Below, piece after piece: positions 23,630 to 37,076 of a DNA stretch of 64,000 nucleotides. Origin of the DNA: Squalus acanthias (lineage: Eukaryota); the NCBI GenBank assembly GCA_030390025.1, contig CM059435.1, forward strand, positions 85,126,001 through 85,190,000. Direction: 5' to 3'. Both the position numbers and the translations under genes were made by a program. Under the pieces are notes generated by a model. The model made no database searches. It was not told the DNA's origin and saw only the letters and a list, made by a program, of their open reading frames with translations. Every line of letters begins with the position of its first letter. Position 1 is the stretch's first letter.

Positions 23630-24560
23630 TTTAGGGCTTGACTTCCAAAAAGCTTTTGACAAAGTTCCACACAAAAGGCTATTGATTAAAATCAAAGCTG
23701 TGGGGGGAACTTAACCATGGAAATGGATAAGAAACTTGCTGAAGGGTAGGAAACAACAAGTACTCGATAGAGGACTTATATTAGAGTGGAGGGAAGTACC
23801 AAGTAGGGTGCCTCAGGGCTGGGACCACTGCTGTTTTGAATTTACATAAATAACATGGATTCAGAAACTTAATGCAAAGTAGTCAAATTTGCAGATGATA
23901 CCAAAGTAGGAGGGGCAGTGGAAAGGGAAGAAACAGTTCAGAAATTACAGAATGAGTTGGAAAAGATATGTAAGTAGACAGAGGAATGGGGATAAAATTG
24001 ATTGCAGACAAGTGTAAAAGTGCTACACAATGAAGGAAACATAGACAGCAAACAGCATGTGTACTCCATGAATGGTATTGAAATAGCTAAGGATGTAGCT
24101 GAAAGAGACCAATGAGTCTTAGTAGACTCAACGCTGAACATGTCTAACCAATGCAGAACAGCAATCAACAAAGCTAATAAGATGTTGAACTATATAGCCA
24201 AAACAGTAACTGAGGGGTTGTGATCAGACTTTAGAGTGCTCTGGTGAGACTGTGTCCAGTTCTGGTTTTGAAGAAACGAGAGAGACATTCAAGAACTGGA
24301 GGCGGTGCAGAGAAGAGCCTCAGCACTGATCCCTAGCGTCAGCGTCTGTGTTATAAGGAAAAAACGGAGACACTTGAGCTTTTCAGTCTAGAAAGGAGGC
24401 ATCTGAGAGATCATATAATGGTACATAAGATTGTTGAGGGTATAGAAAAGGTCAACCTGCAATATTGCTTTAAACTGCGGGAGTAGAACTGGGGGGACAC
24501 AGGCTCAAACTAGTAAAAGTGAATTTTCGGATTAATATTAGGCAATTCTTCTTCACACAT
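23630..24560 (+). mobile_element. Degenerate CR1 RT fragment
   Basis: Residual LDFQKAFDKVPH, GVPQG, KFADDTK and QFW motifs with many disablements. Confidence 0.75.
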
Positions 24561-24564
24561 AGGA

Positions 24565-26180
24565 TGTGGGTGATGGAGTTTTGATGATTTGAGTTTATGG
24601 AGGATGGAGGTTGGGAGGCTGGCAAGAAGACATTGAAGAAGTAACGTTTAGAGGTAACGAAGGAGTGGATAGAGGTTTTGGCAGTGGGGGGGTTAGGTAG
24701 TGGTGGAGGTGGTCAGTGTTACAGAAGTAGAAGTAAGGGGCCTTGATGGAAAGGATATGTGGTTTGAAGCTCAGTTCTGTGTTAACAGAACACTAAGGCT
24801 GTGTACAGCCTGCTTCAGTGTTCGTGGGCAGTCAGGGAGGGGGATAAACTTGGCAGCAAAGGTGCAAAGATTTTGGCCAAAGACAATGGCTTCAGTCTTC
24901 CCAATGTTCAATTGGAGGAAATTCTGACTCATTTCATGAGTTAATATCAGAAAGTCACTCTGACATCACAGAGATGGTCTTGGAGTCAAAGGATGTGGTG
25001 GAGAGCTAAAGCTGTGTGTCACAGAACACATATGGAAATTGACCCTGTGCCAAATGCGGAGGTGGCATGTAGATAAAGAGGAGAGGGCCAAGGATGGATC
25101 CTTTAGGAACTCTGGAGGTGGACATGAAGGGGGAGAGGGGGCAGGAGCAGATACCATTGCTAGAGATTTACCGGCTGCATTGGGACACACAAGTGTAAGA
25201 GCCAATACAGCGTGATTGAACATGCCATAGGGAGATTGAGGAGGACAAGAAGGAATAATGTGCTACGGTCAGTCATAGAGGATATTGATGGTGAATTTGA
25301 CCAGAGTGACCGTCCACTTCCAGGGTGGAAATGGAAGAGATTTGAACAGGGACTTGTGGGAATGATGAGCACAGAACTGGGAGACAACACATGTTCAAGG
25401 ATCTTAGAGAGGAAAGAGAGATTAGAAGTGGGGTGGCAGTTGGAGCAGATAGATGGGTCAAGGTTGGGACTTTTGAGGAGGAGAATGATAGAGATTTTGA
25501 AAGGCTCAGAGCCTGAATAATGAAGCCATTTATGTCAGCTAGTGGCTGGGACCATGAAAGGTTGTTGAGCAGTCAGGAGTGGGGAGGGGATAAATGCTGC
25601 AGGATGTAGATTTCTTGGGAGGAAATGTACTTGGAGGGGCATTGGGGAGACAGAAGAAAAGCTTCAGAGTGATACAGTGAGTGAGGGGCGTGTAGTTAAT
25701 TGGGGATGGGAAGGTAGTAGCTGAGGTAATTTCATGAATGGTCTCAATGTTTGCAATGAGGACATTCATGAACTTTTTGCACTTGGCATTAGAAATGAGA
25801 TTGGAAAGGAGTTTGAGAGGAGATAGTTTGTCAGAGAAAAGGAGTCATCGATTATCCTTTCTCTCCAGAATGGTCCTGGATTAGTAGGAGGATTTGGTTG
25901 TGAGAGGGGTGGGGGGCACAGCAATGCTCGACATGGTCAATCCACATTTGGCAGTGGTTGACAGGATCAGTTGTGTGCCAAATCCACTCAGACTTTAGAG
26001 TGTGAGGGTGGGAGCTGTATCTGAGGGAAAGATGGTGTAGGAGCTTGTGACTGACTTGTAGATGAGGGCATTAAAGGTGCAAGTGAGGTCAACACAGGGC
26101 AGCAATGCATGATGGATGGAAGAGTTGGGAGTACACAGAACCACAGATTTTTTTTAAAAATATGGGAGAACATTGAGCTC
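24565..26180 (-). mobile_element. Degenerate L2 LINE
   Basis: Minus-strand remnants of FLQLNIGKTEAIVF and GVPKGS; purine-rich + strand typical of antisense L2. Confidence 0.6.
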
Positions 26181-26199
26181 TGTGCTGACTTTTGGTGGT

Positions 26200-26350
26200 T
26201 GGAGTTTGTAGTTTCGAATGAGTGGAGGAGACGCCTTCAAGCCCCAGCATGGGGCAGGATCATAACTAGTTGTAAACATTATTAGTGAGTGGTGTTTAAC
26301 ATTAACTCAGGGTTCTTGGCGTGTTAATAAAAATACAATGTTGTTGCACA
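26200..26350 (+). pseudogene. Degenerate duplicate of the 3' half of exon 1 and start of intron 1 of the downstream gene
   Basis: TGGAGTTTGTAGTTTCGAATGAGTGGAGGAGACGCCTTCAAGCCCCA aligns to 27513-27564; TTTAACATTAACTCAGGGTTCTTGGCGTG aligns to ~27609-27638. Confidence 0.8.
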
Positions 26351-26414
26351 ATTTTATACAATGCTGAATGCTACAAACCATTAAGAATAATTGAATTACT
26401 GAAATTGTGTCAAC

Positions 26415-26668
26415 TCTTTGAGTGTACTCTTTTAGTGCACACAAAAACAAATAAACTGTAACTTAACAAAAATACATTAAATGAAACTTAACAAATTAAA
26501 TTAAAATTTGGTTGCCGGGGGTGATGATGCACTCCAGTCCCTCCGGTGCCCACCAGTCGCGGAAGGCGTCAAGCGTGCCGGCAGACACCGCGTGCTCCAT
26601 CTCCAGGGCCACCTGGGCGCGAAAGAGAGGCAGGCAGTTGAGCCAAACGACCCCCTGGACCGCCTGAA
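26415..26668 (-). mobile_element. Tx1-clade (L1 group) LINE 3' end
   Basis: CLPLFRAQVALEMEHAVSAGTLDAFRDWWAPEGLECII...ILI* followed by a T-rich 3' UTR, resembling Tx1 ORF2 C-termini. Confidence 0.7.
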
Positions 26669-27149
26669 CATGTGTCAAAATTCTGGCTCATTGAACAATG
26701 ATAAAAACCGGAAATAGATCAACGTGACTTAATCATTTTCCTTTGAGATTTATTGGAACTTAAAGTACCATCATTGATACATAATGATGGGTGCTAAATG
26801 TTTGAAATAATCTACCAGCCAAGGTAAGAGAGGTCAAAACATTGGGGTTATAAAATACAATTTAGATGCCATGATGAGAGAGTTAATGTAGTAAACGGAT
26901 GAGTTTCAGTGAGCAGAATGACTTGTTCTGATTTTAGTAACGCAAGAATAATTGCTTTAGCCCGCAGCAAGGACATTATCTTTTTAAATGGTGCCGCTTT
27001 TAAGAAGGGGATGGCAATGATTATTTTTTGTTTCCTTCTTCTTCTCCACCTTCTGGCGGTAGGGGGAAGTGAAGGACGTCGGTACAATTCAGGGTGGTGT
27101 TTAGGTTCGGGAATATTGTCTCTCCAAACCATTTTTTTTCCCTTCAAAG

Positions 27150-28280
27150 AAAGGAGATATTGCACGGAGTGAATGCAGAGGCGACAGCGGGGGGGGAAAG
27201 GGGTAGTGAGATGGGGGTGTGATTAACTGCAGGAAGAGTGAGTGAGTGTGCGACTGCTCCCTGGCTGAGGACGGTCACTTTGTTACAATGAGTTGGAACT
27301 CGAGCTGAGCGAAGCAGCGCCGCCGCCGCCTGTGCAAGCTGCAAACAAAAGCAACGGGGAAAGGTTTTTTTAAAAAAAATTTATAAATATTTATTACATA
27401 TATTTTATATACAAGAGGATGATGCTCCTCTTTCCCATCAAGAAGATCCGGAAACATTTCAAGGTGCTGGTGTTTGTGGTGATTCTGGGGCTGGGAGTTT
27501 GGGCAGCTTACCTGGAGTTCGTCGCTTCGAGCGAGTGGAGGAGGAGCGGCGCCTTCAAGCCCCACCGCGGTAAGGAAGGAGCGGAACCAGTTGGAAGATT
27601 GTTGGCGTTTTAACATTAGTCCGGGATTTTTGGGCGTGCAAAGACATTTTTTTTTAAATAACCGTATTGTTGCAATAACTACGTGACTGGATAAACCCCT
27701 TGCTGTCGATTATTCCCTGTGGAAAATAACGTCTTTAAATAGTTTCGCAATTGCTATTATTTAAAAAAAACAGTTTGACTTTTTTTTGGCAAAATGGGTT
27801 CTACTAAAAAAGATCCCAGTTGGTTGTAATCGCAGTTTCTCCGAGTGCCCACATTACTGCTGGCTTCTCGGTGTTCAATACAATGGGACAATGCAGACGC
27901 GTGGTTTCACTGTGTTTGGGCTCCAAGCCCAGCCCTCGGGAGGGATCCCCTACACTCTTCCTTCAGGTCAACGTGCGATTTGTTGAAGGAGTTTTTCGGT
28001 CAGGTTAATCGATCCCGAGAATGGACTTTCGTATTTTGACTAGTGCGAAAAAAAAACCCAAGTCTGAGCTCTGAGGGCAATATGTGAAAAATAAAAAGCA
28101 CTTGATTTTTTTTGGTCGTTAATTACTCAAGCATTTTTGTTTTGAAAGTGAAAGTACTCCGATTAGTTTCTCAACTGGAAGCACTTCGCTTGGAAATCCA
28201 GTTTTACTGTCGGTAAAATCAATTGTAGTTCCCCGCTCTTTCGCGGGAAAGGCGCATCACACGCAAGACCTCCAGTCAAC
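27150..28280. promoter_or_regulatory. CpG-rich promoter, 5' UTR and start of intron 1
   Basis: High CpG density relative to CpG-depleted flanks; (GCC)n tract at ~27318-27330; TE-free; spans the first coding exon. Confidence 0.7.
27419..27569 (+). CDS. B4GALNT3: First coding exon of beta-1,4-N-acetylgalactosaminyltransferase 3 (type II membrane anchor)
   Basis: MMLLFPIKKIRKHFKVLVFVVILGLGVWAAYLEFVASSEWRRSGAFKPHR: basic cytoplasmic tail plus transmembrane helix; P-x-K-K-I-R and GxWxxYLExVAS resemble vertebrate B4GALNT3/4 N-termini as I recall them (YLELVAS favours B4GALNT3); phase-1 donor G|GTAAGG at 27570. Confidence 0.78.
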
Positions 28281-28944
28281 CTACTGTTGAGATTTTTAAA
28301 AAAAAAGTAGGAATAGGCTTTTAATTCTCAAAATAAGGTTATACTGCATTCTAATACATATTCTGCTTTGGAGACTAACCAACTTATCTCCCAAGATTCC
28401 GGGGAGGCGGTGTTACCTGCTTAACTTTTCTTTGTATGTGTAACTATTTTTATACGTTTTGGATACTCTTAAATGCACACGTTTAGATCACTTGATTGAA
28501 TGTAACGAGTCGAACAAAAAGACGTTGTCTTCATTGTGTTGCCTAGATCACTTTTTTGTAGTGTGCGAGGCAATTGAGTGGCTGTAGAGGGGGAACTTTC
28601 AGGTTTGGAAAACAAGCGATGATCTTCAGCAGTTAAAAATAAACTGACTTGGGACATGTTGGGAAGAGGCATGTATTTATCAAAAACAAAAACAGAAAAT
28701 GCTGGAAACGCATTGCAGGCCAGTCAGTCATCTGTGACGAGAACAGACAATTTATCGATTCGGACCCTTGTTTGGTCCCTTAGCAAGTAGAAAATTGGAA
28801 TCAAGATTTTTGTCATTTTTAATGATGGGAAGTATTTTCAGTGTATGTAAATGATGAGCAATAGTTGGACAGACGTATGCAAGTGGTAGACCAATTTCTG
28901 AACACCAGCATTCTGGTTATACACAGTTTGAAGTATTTACATAG

Positions 28945-30135
28945 GATATACGGCCCAACCAGACCATGCCGGTGTTTATATGCTCCACTGGAGCCTCCTC
29001 CCATCTTTCCTCATCTAAATCTATCAGCATAACCCTCTATTCCCTTCTCCCTCATGTTTGTCCAGCCTCCCCTTAAATGCATCTATACTATTCGCTTCAA
29101 CCACTGCCTGTGGTAGCAAGTTCTACATTCTCACCACTCTTTGGGTAAAGAAGTTTCTTCTGAATTCCCTATTGGCTTTCTTGGTGACTATCTTATATTG
29201 ATGGCCTCTAGTTATGCATTTCCCCACAAGTGGAAACATTCTCTCTGTATCCACTCTTATCAAAACCTTTCATAATTTTAAAGACCTCTATTAGGTCACC
29301 CCTCCGCCTCTTTTTCCAAGAGAAAAGAGACCCAGCCTGTTCATCCTTTCCTGATATGTATACTCTCGCATTTCTGGTATCATCCTTGTAAATCATCTCT
29401 GCACCCTCTCCAGTGCCTCCTATATCCTTTTTTATAATATGGTGACCAGAACTGCACACAGTACTCCAAGTGTGGTTTAACCAAGGTTCGATCCAGGTTT
29501 AGCATAACTTTCCTACTTTTTAATTCTATCCCTCTAGAAATAAACCCTAGTGCTTGGTTTGCTTTTTTATGGCCTTTGCTATCATCTGCAAATTTAGAAA
29601 TTGTGTTTTTGATTCCTAAGTCTAAATTGTTAATGTAAATTGTGAACAGCAGTGGTCCCACCACTGATCCTTGTAGAACACCACTACCCACCTTCTGCCA
29701 CTGTGAATAGCTACCCTTTACCCCTGCTTCTGCTTTCTGTCTTGCAGCCAGCTAGCAATCCATTCTGCTACTTGTCCCCTGACTCCGCATTCTCTGACCT
29801 TATTTATTCGTCTATTATGGGGTACCTTATCGAAGGCCTTTTGAAAATCTAGATAAATTGCATCTACTGCATTACCATTGTCTACTCTCACTGTTACCTC
29901 TTCTTCAAAAAATTCAATAAGGTTGCTCAAGCAAGATTTTCCCTTTTGAAATCCATGCTGACTATTCATTATTATACTTTGTTTCTAGATGTTCTTCTAT
30001 TCTCTCCTTTTAGTAGGGATTCCATTATTTTTCCTACCACCGATGTTAAGCTGACTGGTCTGTAATTCGCTGGACATGTTCTATCCCCCTTCTTAAATAT
30101 TGGTATAACGTTAGCTATCTGGCACTACACCTTTT
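28945..30135 (-). mobile_element. CR1 LINE, truncated and internally deleted
   Basis: Minus-strand ORFs 29718-29969, 29380-29691 and 29208-29459 with SQHGFQKGKSC, YLDFQKAFDKVPH, KFADD, YCVQFWSP. Confidence 0.88.
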
Positions 30136-31609
30136 TCTAACTAATTATACATTTTTCTCAGCGGGATATTAAATTAAACTTTGGATCACTTGTTAAGTAA
30201 AGTATTCTTTCCTATTAGGCAGCATTGAGCTGCTAAGTATAACTCAGAGGAAAGTGGCAAAATATTGTTGCTATGTAATGAACGATACTTAAATATTGTG
30301 CCTGTTTCCAGGTCTGTATATCTGCTTTCTCTGTCCTTCCTCCCCCACCAAAAAAAGTTTTTAATAGCTGCCATTTACGTAGGTTGTCTTAATGTCCTAT
30401 TTCAAGTTACTATCATGTTCTGTTCCCTTATGTACAGTCTCGGGTGCTTGGAAACATCACACATTATTTCTAGGGTATAACGATCTTATGATTTATGGTG
30501 TGTACACTCTGAAACTCTGATTCTTTCTAGGCTGAGGCAATGCCACCAAAACTAATGAGCGCCACCATGTCTTTCTGTTCTGGTTTACAGTTGAGAATAT
30601 TCCAGTGGTGAAACTTTCTATCTTTCATTGAGATTCAAGTATTTGCCCGTTGATTAATATTGGGACTTCGGTGGCAACCATTGCTTGTGAAATATCTAAG
30701 TAACTGTTAAATCTGCAACTCTCTCAACCTTCCTTGAACAGTTGACTTACCAACAATATGAATGCTCTTAAGTGCACTGTCGAGCTAGCTAAGCACCTGG
30801 ATTTCTCTGCTAGGGTGGCTCTAAGGCGTAAAAATCAGTTTGCTGCTTGCGTTCATCAAGTTGCTAACTTTTGCTGCATTTGTTACTGTTCTTCTGGTAG
30901 TCTCATGGCTCTAGTCTACAAGCTGGCACTGAGTCTCTGATAGTTGCAATGTAGTAAAAGCATGTCTCCAGCCTTTCTATTTCCTTGCAGTCAGTTCCAA
31001 GCTCTAAAGCATTTCTTCCCTGCCGCCCCACCCCCGTCACCCCACCCCCGTCACCCCAACCAAGCTGCTGGACCATGCCCTGCATCGTATGCTGACATTT
31101 TTCTTCAGCCTGCCCTTAAGGGCAGAGGAATGTGTTCTGCAGGCAGATGATTTGCTGCAGTATCCATGTTAAGGAATGTCACTTGTCCCATATAAACAGT
31201 CAGGATTCAGACTCTACTGTTGGGCTATACTGATGCCACTATATCTTGCCTATTGTGGTTATAGCTGTAGGCTTTTAATATTGTCACACTATTTTTCATA
31301 GAGTCATAGACATGTATTAAGGAATTGAGAAATAATGGCTTTTTCTGAGTGACTTTAAAAGAAGTACAGTTGTGAGGATTTATTGATATATTCTTCACAC
31401 ATGCACACATGTGAATCTTGTAGTGATATTCTGGGCATACCTCTGCATTGACACAGCATTTTGAGACACAATCTGCATTCTAGGATGAATGCAGAAATCT
31501 GGATTAATCGGCAGTAGATCTTGTAGTGCTGCTCCAGTCATAAACCTGGGGATTACTGATAGCTTAACATATCTTCAGAGCAAATGTACTTTGGCATTAA
31601 GTAGATGAT

Positions 31610-32700
31610 TCAGCTCCACCTCACCACTCAATCCCTCCACTGCCTCTGTGTTCTCGAAGTCCAAAGCCATGTTTTCAGCCCTGCCACAAACTCCATTCCC
31701 TCGCTACCAATTCCATCCCCTTCCCCAATCACTGTCTCTGGCTGAGCCAGACTGTTTCCAATCTCTGCATCTAATGTGACCCTGAGCTAAGCTCCTGAAC
31801 CTATATCCTCTCCATCACCAAGACCACCTACTTCCACCTCCACAACATTGCCCATCTCCGCCCCTGCCTCTATCCATGCTTTTGTTACCTCCGGAATTGA
31901 CTATTCCAATGCTCTTCTGGCCAGCCTCCCATCATCCACAATCCATAAATTTGAGCTGATCCAAAACGCCGCTGCCCGTAACCGACCTCGCACAAAGTCC
32001 CGTTCACCCATCACCACTGTGTTCGCTGACCTACATTGGCTCTCTGTCCACCAACGCCTCAAATTAAAAAATCTCATCCTAGTGTTCAAATCCCTCCATG
32101 GTCTCGCCCGTCCCTATCTCTGACATCCGCCAGCCCTACAACCCTCCATGAATTCTGTGCTCCTCCAACCCTGGCCTTTTATGCATTCCCACTCTTCGCC
32201 ATGCCATTTGCAGCTGTGTCTTCAGCTGTCTTGGCCTTAAGCTCTGGAATTTCCTCGCTAAATCTCTCCTCAAAGACCCTTAAAACCTCTTTGACCAAGC
32301 TGTTAAAGTCACTCCTAATAACTCCTTTCAATCAGTGTCAATCTTTGTCTGAAAGTGCCTTGGGACGTATTCCTACATTAAAAGGCACTGGTTAGCACTG
32401 TGGCCTCACAGCGCCAGGGACCCGGGTTCGAATCTGGCCTCGGGTGACTGTCTGTGTGGAGTTTGCACATTCTCCCCGTGTCTGTGTGGGTTTCCTCCGG
32501 GTGCTCCGGTTTCCTCCCACAGTCCAAAGATGTGCGGGTTAGGTTGATTTGGCTATGATAAATTGACCCTTAGTGTTAGGGGGAATTAAATACGTGGGGT
32601 TACGGGGATAGGGTGGGATATGTGTCGGTGCAGGCTCGATGGGCCGAAATGGCCTCTATCTGCACTGTGGGGATTCTGTGATAAATGCAAGTTGCTTTTT
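31610..32700 (+). mobile_element. L2 LINE 3' portion with its tail interrupted by a SINE
   Basis: HAFVTSGIDYSNALL...IQNAAAR...LHWL; tail AAAGGCAC..ATAAATGCAAGTTG split at ~32389-32681. Confidence 0.8.
32389..32681 (+). mobile_element. HE1-type tRNA-derived V-SINE
   Basis: TGGTTAGCACT, B-box GGGTTCGAATC, V-domain TGTGTGGAGTTTGCACATTCTCCCCGTG...GGTTTCCTCCCACAGTCCAAAG; CR1-like 3' tail. Confidence 0.9.
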
Positions 32701-33827
32701 GTTAAGTTTGTAGGTTTCTTGCTTCTTTGCAACAGACTAAGTTTGATGTGGATTTCTCTATAGCTTGCCATCAGGATGGATATAGGATTTCTAGAAAGTG
32801 ATAGTTTCAGATAGCAATAATTGTGTCTCCACTTTTATTTTTGAAAGATTTTCCACTCTTGAATTCATCATTGGCATGAATGAAATCATCCCATTTTACT
32901 CCTGCCAGAAATTGTGCATCTCAGAAGTTGACTCTATTCCCCTTTCCTGGTAGTTTACTCAGGCTGACACTAACTGTATGAACCTCAGTATCTTGCTCAA
33001 CCCAGAGTCCATCGAGAACACGTGCTTCCACCATCACAAAACGATCTACCTCACCCCAAATGCCTGCTGTAATCCTTGTTTCGTGCACTTGATTTTTCAA
33101 ATGTTGGCCTAATCAGCCTTCCAAGTGCTATCTTATGCAAACTCCAACTTTCTCCAGAACGCCACTGTATATATTTTATCCTGCATCGCTCTTGCTTTTA
33201 TCCTCACTGACTTTGGTTGACTTCCTGTTGGCACAATGCAGCAACTTAAAAAGTTTCACCTTGTTTTCAATACCAAGGTCTCGTGCCTTGGTATTTATGC
33301 AGTTTCACCATTTCCCGCCCCCCAATCCTCTGCTCAGTGGGGGAGCTTTTAACTATCGTGCCTCAGCATCTGGGTTCCCTTTCTTCCTAGTCTCCTCACC
33401 TTGAAAAATCTCCTCCTTTAAAACCTATGTCTATAGCCATGCTTTTGACTATCTTCTGAATTCTCTCTGGTTTACTGCTGAAGTACATTTTTGAAGAAAG
33501 CAAAGTCTTTTAACATGCTAATGATTGATAAATCACAACACTTCCTGTAATCCCAACAGCTGCAGGATGAAACCTACTTCTTTCTGATCAGAAAACTCAA
33601 TTTAAGTTATAGATGTGATGAATTTTGTCGAGCAACTATAATATTGCCAAACCTAAACAATGTATATTTGTGGTCCTCACCAGCATCCCTAAATAGTCAT
33701 CTTGATGCCTCTGTGTCTGTAGGTTGTACAGATTATTATTGCTCAGTCCATGACCTTTATCTGATAGACGGCCTTCAAGTAAGTGCCTGTTATCCACGGG
33801 AATTATGTGAATACAAAAAGCATCACA

Positions 33828-33925
33828 TTCATCTGATGAAAGGTCATCGAGCTGAAACGTTAACTCTGTTTCTCTTTCCACATATGCTGTCTGACCTGCT
33901 GAGTATTTCCAGCATTTTCTGTTTA
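33828..33925 (+). mobile_element. Penelope-like pseudo-LTR fragment with hammerhead motif
   Basis: CTGATGA-AAGGTCATCGAGCT-GAAA-CGTT; same family as 42145-42232 and 44368-44463. Confidence 0.7.
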
Positions 33926-34809
33926 TATATCCCATTCATTTGGTTTGTCTTGCTGTGGCACTCCATATACTAAATTTATGCAATTTGTATAAAAATTTTA
34001 CTTTTTTTTTTCCCCCACTGATTGTCGACATAAACAAGTTTGACATAAGTGGGTACTCTTCGTATTTTTAGACAAATTTTGTTTTGTTTTAACAGATTAA
34101 ACATCGTGTTCTATATATAAAATACATATTTGAACTCTCCTTTTGTCCTTTAATTGTTTTTATGCATCACTTAAGTGTCATCTCCCCTTGTCCTAGTTAG
34201 CTCTAATTTGGATAATAGCAACTAATAAGCAATAGGTGAGCGAGTGTTTTCTTCTTTTTCCTAGTATAGGCGCCCCCTCACAAACTGCACTATACCCTAA
34301 CACGGATTGGGTTGGTGACCTACTTGCAGTCTTTTGCCACTCCCACTCTACATCCTGATACAAGATGACTTTTTTATTTTTTCCTCTCATTCAGATACTT
34401 TCACATACTGCTGTGATATTCTTCTCTCGCGCCTAGGTTGTATGTGGCATCTCTCCAAAACAGCTAGTAAAAACTCAGCACGTGGAGAGGAATGCATGCA
34501 CTACTGACACACTGTGCAATTGGTCTTTTAGCTTTTATTAATCTTGCACTTTTCTCCCATTAGTGGCTGAAGTATGATTTCTATGGAATCAGCTGTCCTC
34601 CTGTACCTCACCTGTTGCCAAGACCAGAAGCATTGTTAATTTTTCTTTACCTTGGGTGGGAGCATCACAAGTAAACCTAATCCTGCCCCTGCCTCCTATC
34701 TTTTAGACTTTTTTTTCTCTTCTCTTCTCCTCACACACTGTCCTCTGTAGGGGTGGGATGCTTCCAATTACGACTGTAGTTGAGTAATGAGCCAGATTTA
34801 GTTAACAAC

Positions 34810-37076
34810 CTAACTGTGCGTGGACATTTATCCAATAGCGATCATAACATGATCGAGTTCAAAGTAGCATTTGAAAGGGAGAAACTCGAAACAGCTACTA
34901 AGATTCTAGATTTGGGTAAGGCCGACTTCAGCAGGATGAGATAGAGACTGTCCACAGTAAACTGGACAAATCAGTTAATGGGTAAAATGATAGAAGATCG
35001 GTGGGAGATGTTCAAAAAAGAATTCAAGATGATACAAAACCAGTTTATACCTCTGAGGGGCAAGAACTCTACTTGCCATAAAAAAACAGCCATGGGTGAC
35101 TAAAGAGGTGAGGGACAGCATAAAACTAAAAGAAAAAGCATACAAAAAATAGCGCAGATCCTAGTGAATGGGAAAGATACAAAGAACAGCAAAGGGTCAC
35201 AAAACAGACAGTAAGAGCTACAAGAGAGTATGAGAAAGAAACTTGCAAAGGATATCAAAATCAACACACAGAATTTTTACAATTATATTAGGAAAAAGAG
35301 GGTAGTCGGGCAATGTTGGCCCCTTAAAAACTGAAAGTGGTGATATTGTCAATGATGAGGAAATGCTGGACATGTTGTATAATTACTTTGTCAATATTTA
35401 CAGTAGAGGAAGAGGATAGCATGCCAGGAATCCCAAGTAAAGTAATATTGAATCAGGGACAGGGACTCAATAAAATTAACGTAAGTAAAATAACAGTAAT
35501 GAAGGAAATAATGGCACTAAAGAGTGACAAATCCCCAGGACCAGATGGTTTTCACTCCAGGGTTTTAAAGGAAGTAGGTGAGCACATTGCAGATGCCCTA
35601 ACTATAATCTTCCAAAGCACTCTCGATTCAGAAACTGTTGCTTTAGATTGGAAAATTGTGCATGTCACTCTGCTATTTAAGAATGGCTAGAGAGGGAAAC
35701 CAGGGAATTATAGACCAGTTAGCCTAACATCTGTCGTCGGTAAATTGCTAGAGTCTATAATTAAGGATAGGGTGACTGAACAACTCAAATTTTCAGTTGA
35801 TCAGAGAGAGCCAGCATGGATTTGTGAAAGGTAGGTTATGCCTGATAAACCTGATTGAATTTTTTGAGGAGGTGATTAAAGTAGTGGACAGGGGAATGTC
35901 TATGAATGTTATTTATATGGACTTCCAAAAGGCTTTTGATAAAGACCCACATAAGAGACTGTTAACTAAGGTAGAAGCCCATGGAATTGAGGGCAAATTA
36001 TTGACCTGGTTAGGAAATTGGCTGAGCGGCAGGAGACAGAGAGTAAGGATAATGGGTAGGTACTCAAATTGGCAGGATGTGACTCGTGGTGTCCCACAGG
36101 GATCTGTGTTGGGGCCTCAACTATTCACAGTATTATTAATGACTTAGATGATGGCTTAGAAAGTCATATATCCAAATTTGCCAATGACCCAAAGATAGGT
36201 GGCATTGTAGGCAGTGTAGATGGAAGCATAAAATTACAAAGGGATATCGACAGATTAAGTGAATGGGCAAAACTGTGGCAAATGGATTTCAATGTAGGCA
36301 AATGTGAGGTCATCCACTTTGGACCTAAAAAGGATAGAACCGGGTACTTTCTATATAGTGAAAAGCTAAAAACTTGGGGGGGTCCAGGTACATAGATCAT
36401 TAAAATGTCATGAACAGGTACAGAAAATAATCAAAAAGGCTAATGGAATGCTGGCCTTTATATCTAGAGGACTAGAATACAAGGGGGTAGAAGTTATGCT
36501 GCAACTATACAAAACCCTGGTTAGACCACACCTGGAGTACTGTGAGCAGTTCTGGGCACCACACCATAGGAAGGATATATTAGCCTTGGAGAGAGTGCAG
36601 CGTAGGTTTATGAGAATGACACCTGGACTTCAAGGGTTAAGTTACGAGGAGAGATTACACAAACTAGGGTTGTAGTCCCTAGAATTTAGAAGTTTCAGGG
36701 GTATTTTGATTGCAGTTTTCAAGATATTAAGGGGAACAGATTGGGTAGATAGAGAGAAACTATTTCCACTGGTTGGGGATTCTAGGACTAGGGGCCATAG
36801 TCTAAAAATTAGAGCCAGACCTTTCAGGAGTGAAATTAGGAAACACTTCTACACACAAAGGGTGGTAGAAGTTTGGAACTCTCTTCCCCCAAATGGCAAT
36901 TGATGCTAGATCAATTGTTAATTTTAAATCTGAGATTGCTAGCTTTTTGTTAACCAAAGGTATTAACGGATATGGGGCAAAGGCGGGTATATGGAGTTAG
37001 GTCGCAGATCAGCCATGATCTCATTGAATGGCGGAACAGGCTCGAGGGGCTCAATGGCCTACTCCTGTTAACTATG
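34810..37076 (+). mobile_element. CR1 LINE ORF2 (end of endonuclease, RT and 3' UTR), multiply frameshifted
   Basis: SDHNMIEF; ORFs 35337, 35797, 36069, 36448 and 36706 carry RT motifs; conserved 3' hairpin. Confidence 0.92.

Noticed and set aside
32389-32445. tRNA gene
   Set aside because: It is the tRNA-derived head of an HE1-type SINE continuing into the V-domain; there is no full cloverleaf
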